Below, piece by piece: positions 53,813 through 64,000 of a stretch of DNA of 64,000 nucleotides. The first letter of the stretch is position 1, and the number at the start of each line of letters is the position of its first letter. The translations under genes and the position numbers were made by a program. Source of the stretch: Paraspadella gotoi (lineage: Eukaryota > Animalia > Chaetognatha); NCBI GenBank assembly GCA_051294375.1, contig CM119265.1:29361751-29425750 (forward strand). The letters run 5' to 3'. Below the pieces are notes generated by a model. It saw only the letters and a program-made list of their open reading frames with translations. It had not been told where the DNA came from and did no database searches.

Positions 53813-54856
53813 GTTAATGTACGACATTTTCAAAACAAATAAATATATATTTAGTGTTCAATATAATGTACTAAAATTATCTTATTTTCATCCTTATTAA
53901 TTCTTCTTTCTTTTCTGCAGTCGCGATTTAATGGAAATTCGAGGCGGACTAAGAATTCTCATGAAAATCGACGTTGCTACTTTGTTCGCCGTTTCCCGAA
54001 AATCCCGCGGAGTCGACGGCGGCGCTGCAGTCGCCAAAAAAACAAATGGCTTCAAATCTCAAAACACGACCATTCGACTTTCTGTCTCCGGTGAGATTGA
54101 AAAAATATTAGGGAAGTGAATTCAAAACNNNNNNNNNNNNNNNNNNNNNNNNNNNNNNNNNNNNNNNNNNNNNNNNNNNNNNNNNNNNNNNNNNNNNNNN
54201 NNNNNNNNNNNNNNNNNNNNNNNNNNNNNNNNNNNNNNNNNNNNNNNNNNNNNNNNNNNNNNNNNNNNNNNNNNNNNNNNNNNNNNNNNNNNNNNNNGAG
54301 AGAGAGAGAGAAAGAAAGATAAAGAAAGAGAGAAAGAGAGAGAGAGAGACAGAGAGAGAGTGAGAGAGAGTCAGACTCCTGGTCGTTTTTTTTTTCAGTT
54401 TTAGTTAGGCTCCGGAAAATTGACCTCATTTCCAGTGGGAAAGAATTTCCTCGTCCTCTTCCTCCTCCTCTTCCTGATTTTCCCTCACCTCCTCTTCCTT
54501 CTCCCACTCCTCCCCCTCCTCCTTCTCTTCCTCCTTATCTTCCACCTTTTCATCCTCCTCCTCTTCCTCCTTCTTCTCCTCCTCCTCCTTTTTCTCTTCC
54601 TTCTCTCTTCCTGATAAGTCAAGCCCTTTTTTCCTTCTCTATTTCCCTTCTTTCGCTTGACCTCAAGAACCAGCAAACAACAGCAACAACAACAACAACA
54701 ACTACAACAAAAGCAAAAATTCACCAGCTTACATTGTCTGCCGTCCTCACACGATACGCTGTGGTACGATAGACTGCTGTGCGATAAGTGCGGTCCGATA
54801 CGCTTCCGTTGAAATATCAAGCCTGCAGTGCCAGTTACTCAATTTAAACTATTTAG

Positions 54857-55840
54857 TAGGGCGTTTGAAAAATAACTATAAACTACAAATTCAAGTGAGG
54901 TACCATAGACTATTTTAGTGCTAATAAGTCTGTAGATTTCGATGATGATGAACCATTTTTTGTATAGTCTCATCTTTTTTGTCGGGAAATGGCGATTTTG
55001 CAGATCATAATGGTGCTATCTACCAAATGGAACAAATTTGTAGAGTATAAGAAACTCAAATTATTAAGATTTTATAAAAAGCCATATTAACTCACATAAT
55101 ATGAACATAAAGACACCATATAAATATTATGGTAAGTTTATTTACAAAATTTATTATTTTATGAATAGTTTGTTAGCTATATTTATTAATAAAATAATAA
55201 TAAAAAATAAGCTAAAGTGAAAAAAAAAAAATTTTAAAATTTTAAAACCAGATTTGAATTCCTTACAAAAAGTGATATAAAGAAATATAATCCAGTTTAA
55301 AAAATTCTTTTTATTAAGTAGGTTAAAAATATTAACAACTATTATTTTGTTTAATTTTTATTTTTTGGCCTAAAATTATAGTTTTTCTGAATTTTTGACC
55401 AACTTAATGACGCATAATTTGATATAAAAATTATATTTATCTTATATCAACTTTTGCAAAGAATGGTAAATCATGAAAAAAATTTTGAAAAATTATTATT
55501 TTTTAACTTAGCCCAATTTTTACACATAATTATTATAATATAGTTAACTACTTTTTATAAAACATAAAATTTAAAATAAAATTACCAAATATTTGTTATA
55601 AATTCATTATTTTATATTTCAAAAGCTCATATAATTTTATAAAATTTTAATTAATTTGATTTACCATAACTTTAAATGGTTTTTAAATAATTTTATATAC
55701 TTAAAAACCCTTATTTCCGACAAGAAAGATAAATTATCAAAAAAATGTCATCACCATCGAATGTCTACAGACATACATAACACTAAAATAGCTATGTACC
55801 TCACTTGATTGTTATATTTTGTTATTTTTCCAACGCTCTA
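54857..55840. mobile_element. Non-autonomous hAT element, ~984 bp, with long imperfect TIRs
   Basis: Ends TAGGGCGTTTGAAAAATAAC and GTTATTTTTCCAACGCTCTA. TSD CTATTTAG at 54849-54856, ctatttg at 55841, and ctatttag in the duplicated flank at 56377. Empty site at ~33490-33505. Confidence 0.8.
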
Positions 55841-56700
55841 CTATTTGTCACAGTAGTCACAGTTCTGTTACTGTGTTTCTTTAAGCAGCAAAAAGAATAA
55901 GGACTTAAACTAATCCGCTCCTAACTTATTTTAACTTAAATTCATCAACCATTACTTTTTTTAAACTTTTTTCTTTATCCCTCTTTTTTTCCTTTCTCCT
56001 TCTTTTTCGTTCTTCTTATTCTTCTTCCATTTGTCCTGTCTCCCTAAACCCATTCTTCTCTCCTCTCTCCTCTTCCTCCTTCTTCTGTTCTGTTTCTTCT
56101 AACTCAGCTCTCTCTTATCTCGACTCCTTCGTAGTCCTCGCATTCTGTCTCATAATGATGCTCGTCTTAGTCTCATGCTTTGTACAGATCTTATCTCATG
56201 TCTCTCTCTCTTACTCTCTCGATCTTCGGACGCAAAGTTGTAACGCACTATTTCCGCCTCCTACCACCAAACAGGAGCGGGATAGAAGATTATGAGAGCG
56301 TCCGACGCCAACGCTTCCTATGTTTTCTCCGTTCCCTCATCTTTTCACGTTNNNNNNNNNNNNNNNNNNNNNNNNNCTATTTAGTCACAGTTAGTCACAG
56401 TTTTTACTGTGTTTCTTTAAGCAAAAAAAATAAGGATTTAAACTAATCCGCTCCTAACTTATTTTTAACTTAAATCATCAACCAATTAACTTTTTTTTAA
56501 ACTTTTTTTCCTTTTCTCCTCTTTTTTCCTTTTCTCCTCTTTTTTCTTTTTCTTTCTTCTTCTTCCATTTGTCCTTCTCCCTAAACCCATTCTTCTCTCT
56601 CTNNNNNNNNNNNNNNNNNNNNNNNNNCAGCGGTTTTGGCGTCGGACGCTCTCATTATGGAGAGATAACTTATTCCCCCCTGCCTTTTGGTGGGAGGAGG
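55841..56700. repeat. Local direct duplication across an N gap (55841-56350 vs 56377-56700)
   Basis: The same ...ctgtgtttctttaagc...aaactaatccgctcctaactt sequence occurs on both sides of the gap; the first copy is noisier. Confidence 0.8.
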
Positions 56701-56775
56701 AAAGGGCGTTGAAACCGTTTGGTCAAAGTCGAGAGAGGTAGAAGAAGAGAAAGAAGAGAGAGAGAGAGAGAGAGC

Positions 56776-56814
<39 letters not shown>

Positions 56815-57792
56815 AAGAGTCTGCATAAGAAAATTTGAAAAGGCGAAGTTAACAAGAGGAGAGGAGAGAGAGAAAGAATGGGTGTAGGGAGAAGGAGCAA
56901 TGGAAGAAAGAGATAAGAAAAAAGAAAAAAGAGGAGAAAAAGGAAAATAAGAGAGAAAAGGAAAAAAAGTTTAAAAAAAAAGTTAATCGCTTCCTCATTT
57001 TCTCCTTCCCTCATCTTTTCTTTTCTCCCTTCCTCCTTTTATTTCTGCTCTTCTTCTTTTTTCTCCTCCTTTTCTCTTTTTTTCCTCCCTTCCTCCTTTT
57101 CTCTCCTCCCTTCCTCATTTTTATTCCTTCTTTTCTCCTTTTCTTTTCTCCCTTTCTCCTTTTCTTTCCTTCCTTCTTCCTTTTTTCTCCCTTCCTCCTT
57201 TTCATCCTTTTCTTTCCTCTTATCCTCTTTTCTTTCCTCCTTTTCTCTTTATTTTTTCCTTTCTCCTTTTCTTTCCTCCCTTCCTCCTTTCTTTTTATCA
57301 CTTCCTCCTTTTATTTTCTCCCTTCCTCTGTTCTTTCCTCCTTTTTTCTTTCTTTTTTCCCTTCCTTCTTTTCTTTCCTCCTTTTCTCCTTTTCTTTCTT
57401 CCTTTCCTCCTTTTCTTTCCTCCTTTCCTCTTATCTATCCTCCTTTTCTCTTTTTGTTTCCTCCCTTCTCCTTTCCCTCCTCCTTTCCTCTTTTCTTTCT
57501 TCCTTTTATCCTTTTCTTTCCTCCCTTTCTCCTTTTCTTTTCTCCTTCTTTCCTCACTTCCTCTTTTTCTTTCCTCCTTCCTTCTTTTTTCTTTTTTCCT
57601 CTCTTTGTCCTTTTCTTTCCTCCCTTCATTTTTTTTTCTCCCTTCCTCCCTTTTTCATTTTCTTTCCTGCTCTTCATCTTTTTTTCTCTCTCTCTCTTTT
57701 TCCTCTTTTTTTCTTCTTTCCTCCGTTCTTTTTTCCATTTCTTTCCCTCCTTATTTTTTTCCTTCAGTTAGTATCAGTCTTCAGTATCAGTT

Positions 57793-59971
57793 CAGTATCG
57801 GTGTTTGAAGAACTGGAAAAGTTCAGCGGAGGCTGTAACTTTTTGTGTAAATGCTGGAAATCCAGTTGAAAATCGAATTACGGGGTTAGACCTGAGCGGT
57901 GGTTTATTCCCATACAGAGTTTGAGCACTTTTTAATAAAAAAATACGTGGAAAGGGCATTTTTTTGGACAAAAAATTAATTTGGCATACTGGTAAAAAAA
58001 AATATTGTAGTAAGTACTCTTATATTTTGGTGAGATTTAACGGGAGGGGTTTGCCCTAAACCCAGTGGTAAAACAAAATGATCAAATACAGCCTTTGTTA
58101 AAACTCAATTTGCATACAGTAGCAATATATTTTTTATAATATTGTATTTTTCAGTCTTATGATAATTTAAAAAAAATTATTTCAATAATAGCTAACTCCG
58201 ATACACCATATAACATACAATGCATAAAATAGAATATTTGTTATTCTTTAATCCAAAATTCAATTTCAACAAATTATAAAAATATGCATTTTTTTTGAAC
58301 AAATGTTTTTTTTAAAAATAGTAATTTATGCCAACCAACCCTGTCCTTGTACACTGATTCTACAAATATAGTATATTATTGTTCTTTAATACGACTACAA
58401 TATATTATGAAATTACCCTTCAAAACCTTAAAAAATACAGGAAAAACACCCTTAATTCAAACTTATTTAAAAACCGTTCCAATGATATTACATCTTCTAT
58501 ACTTTCTAATACATATCAAGGAGAACCATCAGGTTTTATTGTGTGAAAGTTATAGATAACTATTGATAAGGAAAGTGACTTGCACAGGAAGGCGAAAAAT
58601 AGATGCATGAAACTATATTCAGCTTGTTAAATTGAATAATGTACTCTGCTTTAATAGGCCGGAAACAAAAATAAAAATTTTTATTTTTTAGAACTGATTC
58701 AGATAGCCCATAAAAAGTTTTCTACACAAAGCTATAATGCGTTTTTTTGCAGATATTTTGCATGATAACGTGGGTAAATAACGGAAAAAACTCTCTTTAA
58801 AATCATCAATCATCATCGTCCTACCATAATTTTTATTAGTTTTTGTTAATATAAGCAATAAAACAATAAATTTTGAAATCTCTGCTAGTAATATTTTTTA
58901 TTTATGTTTTTCAATCTCTCCCCGAACTCCGCTTTTAAAATTCTATTTTGATAAAAAAAAAAAAATCATGATGTTATAGTAATACGATAAACTTTAAATG
59001 CTTCTAATATTTACTTACTATATAATAAAATCCTTAATTTTTTTTTTCAATTCGTCATCCACAGGGATGCTCTAAGGTTATTTATATTACAGAACTCTTA
59101 ATTTTTACTTGATTCCGCCTTATTAAGCAAGAAGTATATTATCAACTTACAAGCTGGATATTAGTTCATCTATCTATTTTTCGCCTTCCTGGTGGCAGTC
59201 ATTCCTTCATCAAAGTTAATTCTATAACTTTCACACAATAAACCTGGATGGTTCTCTGATATGGTTATTAAAGTATGAGAGATGTTAATTATCATTGGAA
59301 ACGGTTTCTATTAAAGTTTGAAATAAGGGTGTTTCTTGTATTTTTTTAGGGTTGAAGGGTATATTTCATAAAATATAGTCAGTCCGCTATTAAAAAAAAA
59401 TATATATATTTGTAAATCAGTGCACCAAGGACAGTTGGTTGGCATAATTACTATTTTTAAAAAAACATTATGTTCAAAAAAATGCATATTTTTATCAATT
59501 GTTGAAAAATTAATTTTGAATTACAAGAATAACAAATTCATTTGCTTGATGTTTTGATAGGCTATTATTGAATAATTTTTTTTAAATTATCATAAGACTG
59601 AAAATACGATATTATAAAAAAATTATATTGCTTACTGTATGCAATGAGTTTTAACAAAGCTTCGTATTGATCATTTTGTTTTACCACTGGGTTTAGGGCA
59701 ACCCCTCCCGGTTTATATCACCATTAATATAAGCAGTACTCTATCTACCGCATTTTTTTTTACCAGTATGCAGAATTTAATTTTTTGTCCCAAAAAACAT
59801 GCCCATTCACCTTATTTTTTTTTATAAGTGGCACCTCCCAACTCTTTAATGGGAATAAACCACCTCAGGTCTAAACCCGTATTCTCGATTTTTCGAGCTA
59901 GATTTTGCCAGCATTTTACACAAAAAGTTACAGCCTCCTGGACTTTTCCAGGTTCTTCAAAACCGATACTG
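57793..59971. mobile_element. Tc1/mariner-type non-autonomous element, ~2.2 kb, with ~880-bp inverted arms
   Basis: Termini CAGTATCGGT...ACCGATACTG followed by TA. Arms 57793-58675 and 59100-59971 mirror each other. The element is absent from the inverted copy (empty site ~32235-32260). Confidence 0.8.
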
Positions 59972-61123
59972 TATCTCTTTTATTTTTCTTTTCTTTCCTC
60001 CCTCTAACCTGTTTCCTTTTCTTCCTATCTTCTCTCTTCCTATCTCTTTTATTTTTCTTTTCTTTTCTCCTTCTAACCTGTTTCCTTTTCTTCCTATCTT
60101 CTCTCCTTTCACCTTTTCTTCTCTCCCTATCTTTTTTCCCTTATTTTCTTTTCTTTCTCTTTTAATTTTTTTTTATTTTCTCTCTTTCCTTCTCCTTTCC
60201 TCCCTTCCTGTGCAACCTCATAAATTCTCATGTACAAATTTTCTAACGTCCCAGAGAAAAAAAAANNNNNNNNNNNNNNNNNNNNNNNNNNNNNNNNNNN
60301 NNNNNNNNNNNNNNNNNNNNNNNNNNNNNNNNNNNNNNNNNNNNNNNNNNNNNNNNNNNNNNNNNNNNNNCTAAGTTTCCTTGGCGTCCCACTAGGAAAT
60401 TTCTCGAGGCCACAAACTTTCTCTCACTTGGTTAACGTTTTATTTTTTCTTGTCTTTTTTCGCTTTTTTCTTTATTTTTTTAAGTCTAGTTTTTATTTTA
60501 AACGTAACTAAATTTGGTTAGGTTTAAACTTCCTAACACTGTTAGGCAAATTACGAAAAATCTAGTAACCAAATTTCAATATTTCATCATGAATTAGCAA
60601 ACATACTAGAAACATATCTGATTCTTGAGGAACAAATGAGATAAATATTTTAAGNNNNNNNNNNNNNNNNNNNNNNNNNNNNNNNNNNNNNNNNNNNNNN
60701 NNNNNNNNNNNNNNNNNNNNNNNNNNNNNNNNNNNNNNNNNNNNNNNNNNNNNNNNNNNNNNNNNNNNNNNNNNNNNNNNNNNNNNNNNNNNNNNNNNNN
60801 NNNNNNTGTAAATAGACACTTTTTCCCCCGGGAAAAGACGAAGCAAACAAAATTTTATCACCGCGATTAAACAGAAATTTAATCCTGAGTAAAATTTGCT
60901 ACTTCAATTTTAATGTTAATTTCTATTACATTCAAGATGATTAATAAATTTTACATTTTTATAGGGAACAATCAGGTGATTGTGAAGAATATCACCGTGA
61001 GTCAAGTCGGTGACGAAGCAAGTAGCAGCAGCAGCAGGAGTCACAGGAGTCAGGGTAAGTTAATGTCAGGGTAAGTTAATGTTTTGTTGTTAGACATTGT
61101 GTAAATGATTTTCTTTTCATTGC

Positions 61124-61283
61124 GTTAAAATTAAGATGAATGAAAAAGTTTATTTTGGTCGTAAAAATAACAACAACAACAACAGGAAAGTTTTTAAAAA
61201 ATAAATGGACAATGTCGAATTATGGGCGAAATGCTCTTCGTCGGGCAAGTTTCTCCTTACTTGATGCAGCTGCGGGATAAAAG
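61124..61283 (+). CDS. Probable exon F (C-terminal half of Ig-like domain 2), sequence corrupted by indel errors
   Basis: gtgagt donor at 61284. The inverted copy at 30623-30798 reads ...VVKITTTT...KWTCRIMGGVNALRRASFSLVDPQLRDK, where WTC fits the F-strand Cys. Exons E and G require a phase 2 to phase 1 exon between them. The acceptor and frame are damaged in this copy. Confidence 0.5.
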
Positions 61284-61908
61284 GTGAGTATTTTGAGAGG
61301 AAAGAAGAGATGAGCAGGGTTCAGGGTTTAATCGCCTTCTTCAGACGTAAAACACTGGTGCTCTTATGTCAGACTGTTCAGTGTTCAGTCTGCTGGGATC
61401 GAACTCGTAATTCATCATCAGGATGACGCGTTAGCACGCTACGCCAAAGAGACATTGGTTGAAGAAGAGCGTGGGATTCAACAGAAACATGAATCGCCTC
61501 ACACATTCCTTTGTTGGGGGAAAATGCTGCTGAGAGAAATCACGAGAGGGGGGAATTCCGTGTGTGGGGAAATCCTGTGTGGAAGGATCCAAATGAAACC
61601 GGATTGATCACGTGATAAGTTTTTCCTTCTTATCACTTTTTTATCTTTTTCATTTCAAATTGTTTAACGATTTGTAAAGACCAAATATTGTTTTCACTTA
61701 TATTTTTCAAGTTTTCTCAGTATCTAATTCTTAAAATAATTTTTTTTAAATATTTTGCTTCTTCCTCATTTCAAATTCCCCTCACACAAAAAACATCTTC
61801 CGACACACAGCGCTTTTTTCCTCCCTTACACACAAACACTACGTCCCTTTCTCACAAGCGCCTCACTTTCTTTAATTCACAATCACGCACGAGGTTCACG
61901 TTTCTCAT

Positions 61909-61942
<34 letters not shown>

Positions 61943-62473
61943 CGCATCTTTGCCTCGCCTTTTCTTCGCAATTTGTTTACTTTTTTTTGAATAAATTATG
62001 TTTGTACATGATTTAAATTTTAATTAACTTTATAATCTTTAATCATATTATCATAGTTAACAAATGAGACGAAGAGAGTCTTGGTTGAAAGCTTGAAAAC
62101 CTTAAACTTCCCAAGCCTGTCTTAAGTCCGGGGAAAGATAGCTTATGTACTAATTGAATAGATAATTTTTATATTGGTTGAACCAATTTCATACTTGTTT
62201 TTATGTTTTTAATTAATTGCAATGATTACGTTATTTATTTTTTATCTTAACATTTAGTTAAAGTTTTAACTAAATATATTTTTTAATACCCTAATTGAGC
62301 CTCTTTTGAAAATTCTTATTATTTTTATTTTAAATTGTCAACTTCCTTAATTTTTTTCCTTTACCTTTTCTTTTATCCTTAATTTTCCTTCGACACGAAA
62401 CTTTAGGTTTTAATTAAAAAGAGAAAATTTTAAGAGGAGACGTTTTACGCTGAAGCGTTATTACGAGGCCGAT

Positions 62474-62607
<134 letters not shown>

Positions 62608-63392
62608 AATTTCGAGGTCGTCATTAAAATGAAGACGAAGAGGAAGTGAAAGGTCTTCCTCCCTTTCATCCTCTTTTTCCTCTCGGTCTTCCCCTTCGCC
62701 TCGGGGTCTTCCCCTTCCCACTTTCCCCCAAAGGGTCTTTCCTCTCTTTCTCCCCCAGAGGCCATGTTTTACCCACTGGGTCCTCGGGTCAAACTCTAAA
62801 CCGGAGACCTTAACCCCGTGTCAAACTCTAAACTCTAATTTTAAAATTCAAAAATTAACAAAAAAAGTCTTGCTAAGCATGTTCTTGATTACAGGGAAAA
62901 ATCAATTTATATCATAAGAAATCAATAAAAGACATTCTCGTCAATGGAATATCCGAACTCTAGTAAAATTTAAAAAATTTTGAGTAATGATTTTTTAATT
63001 ATTTGTAAATGTTAAGTTTTCTTTGTTCAGTTCGTTCAATTAAAAAAACATCTGTCCTGAGCATCTATACCACATAAGGTTAAAAATTACTTTCTGTCCT
63101 AGTTTTCTAATAACATACTAGTCATAATTCTTGTTAAAGCTTGCGAGAAAAACGATTGGCAAGCTTCGAAAGTAAGATAATAATTACGATGTTGTCTTGC
63201 TTGCCTGCTTGTAAAGTTAGCAAGCGCCGATGCTTCCAACTCTTAAAAGAAATGAATACAAATTTCCATACTTAAACTGAAGCCTCTTCCGTTTTTGCCT
63301 CTTACGATGATTAAAAATAATAAATATAAATTCTACGTTTTCCTTTAGTTAATAATTTAATTTTATTAATATTATCTTTTTTTCCCCGTCAG

Positions 63393-63477
63393 GCGGCGCT
63401 GGTGTTTTTTCTTCCATCTCGAATTTCTTTGGCTTCGGTTCTCGACGGAGTGAAGAGGGAGAGGAAGGGTTTCCGAG
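63393..63477 (+). CDS. Exon G (juxtamembrane stalk)
   Basis: tttttccccgtcag acceptor and gtgagc donor at 63478. Read in phase 1/2 it gives GAGVFSSISNFFGFGSRRSEEGEEGFP(R), which joins in frame to the hydrophobic exon H. Confidence 0.7.
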
Positions 63478-63486
63478 GTGAGCAGA

Positions 63487-63613
63487 TGGGGGAAGGGATA
63501 GGGGAAGGGATTGGGGAAGGGATGGGAAAAGGGATGGGGAAGGGGATAGAGGAAAGGATGGAGGAAGGGATGGGAAAAGGGATGGGGAAAGGAATAAGGG
63601 AAGGGATAGGGAG
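63487..63613. repeat. 12-bp G-rich repeat (GGGAAGGGATRG-like) just inside the intron after exon G
   Basis: About 10 copies with G3-G4 runs. Confidence 0.85.
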
Positions 63614-63909
63614 ATGATAAAAGATAAGATAAAAAGTATGATAGGGTATGATGATTACAAATTTATTGCATAATATATTAAATTAAGACACTTTAATTAG
63701 TAATTACAAGTTTACGAGATATTTTAAAGTGTAAGCCACTGTCTCTTTATTATATATACAGTTAACTTTTAAATTGATTGAGTTGTGCGATTTTCTTTTA
63801 CAAATGATCAAAACAAAATCTTCAAAACCAACAGTATTTCAAATTTTTTTCTTGTCTCTCTGGGATTCTCTCTCCCTCTCTCCTCCTTCCTCCCCCTCTT
63901 CTCCTTTCC

Positions 63910-63943
<34 letters not shown>

Positions 63944-63964
63944 TCCCTCCCAACTCCCCCTCAG

Positions 63965-64000
63965 AATCGTCATCATCACTGTCATCGGTTCTCTCGTTCT
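63965..64000 (+). CDS. Exon H (start of transmembrane helix; truncated by the window end)
   Basis: Long pyrimidine tract plus tcag acceptor ending at 63964. Phase 2 gives (R)IVIITVIGSLVL..., an uninterrupted hydrophobic run. Confidence 0.7.

Larger units (their letters stand above)
30030..61740. repeat. Giant imperfect inverted duplication centred near 41.2-41.8 kb (30030-41170 mirrored by 41800-44620 plus 53170-61740)
   Basis: Reverse-complement matches: 30230-30300/61550-61615, 30600-30710/61200-61310, 31640-31710/60375-60430, 33490-33630/54720-54850, 34250-34560/53810-54120, 34680-35130/53190-53650, 40330-41170/41800-42600. Confidence 0.9.

Noticed and set aside
30030-61740. Giant TIR transposon (Maverick/Polinton-like)
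   Set aside because: The arms contain a host exon and intron sequence, and no polymerase, integrase or capsid ORFs are present.
63393-63477. Phase-0 reading of exon G (AALVFFLPSRISL..., the frame of ORF 63402-63617)
   Set aside because: It would end in phase 1 and put the next exon out of the hydrophobic TM frame.

Overview
Eukaryotic (metazoan-like) draft genomic DNA: AT-rich, full of (AG/CT)n and other micro- and minisatellites, with many N gaps and patches that look like uncorrected long-read sequence. The long ORFs in the six-frame track are almost all low-complexity or N-gap artefacts. The real coding signal is one plus-strand spliced gene that runs off both ends of the window. Seven clean exon segments (4836-4979, 7229-7424, 16964-17124, 20541-20673, 25278-25561, 63393-63477, 63965-end) and one error-ridden exon (~61124-61283) join in consistent reading phases; the phases of the error-ridden exon are inferred. 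The product is a type I membrane protein with two divergent Ig-like domains and the start of a TM helix. The second Ig-like domain appears to carry a ~120-aa low-complexity insert with several furin-type sites. The introns hold hAT and Tc1/mariner-type non-autonomous elements (two with empty sites visible in the window), a palindromic element built from TTAGGG-containing units, a tRNA-derived SINE, a CCA-bearing tRNA-Leu 3' half, a Ty3/Gypsy RT relic and a possible hAT transposase relic. Two large fold-back duplications (~23.1-29.0 kb and ~30.0-61.7 kb) copy host exons in reverse with insertion-rich noise. They are most likely assembly or gap-filling artefacts and limit what can be concluded for 25.6-61.7 kb. 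All alignments and translations were done by eye, so coordinates in noisy regions are approximate.
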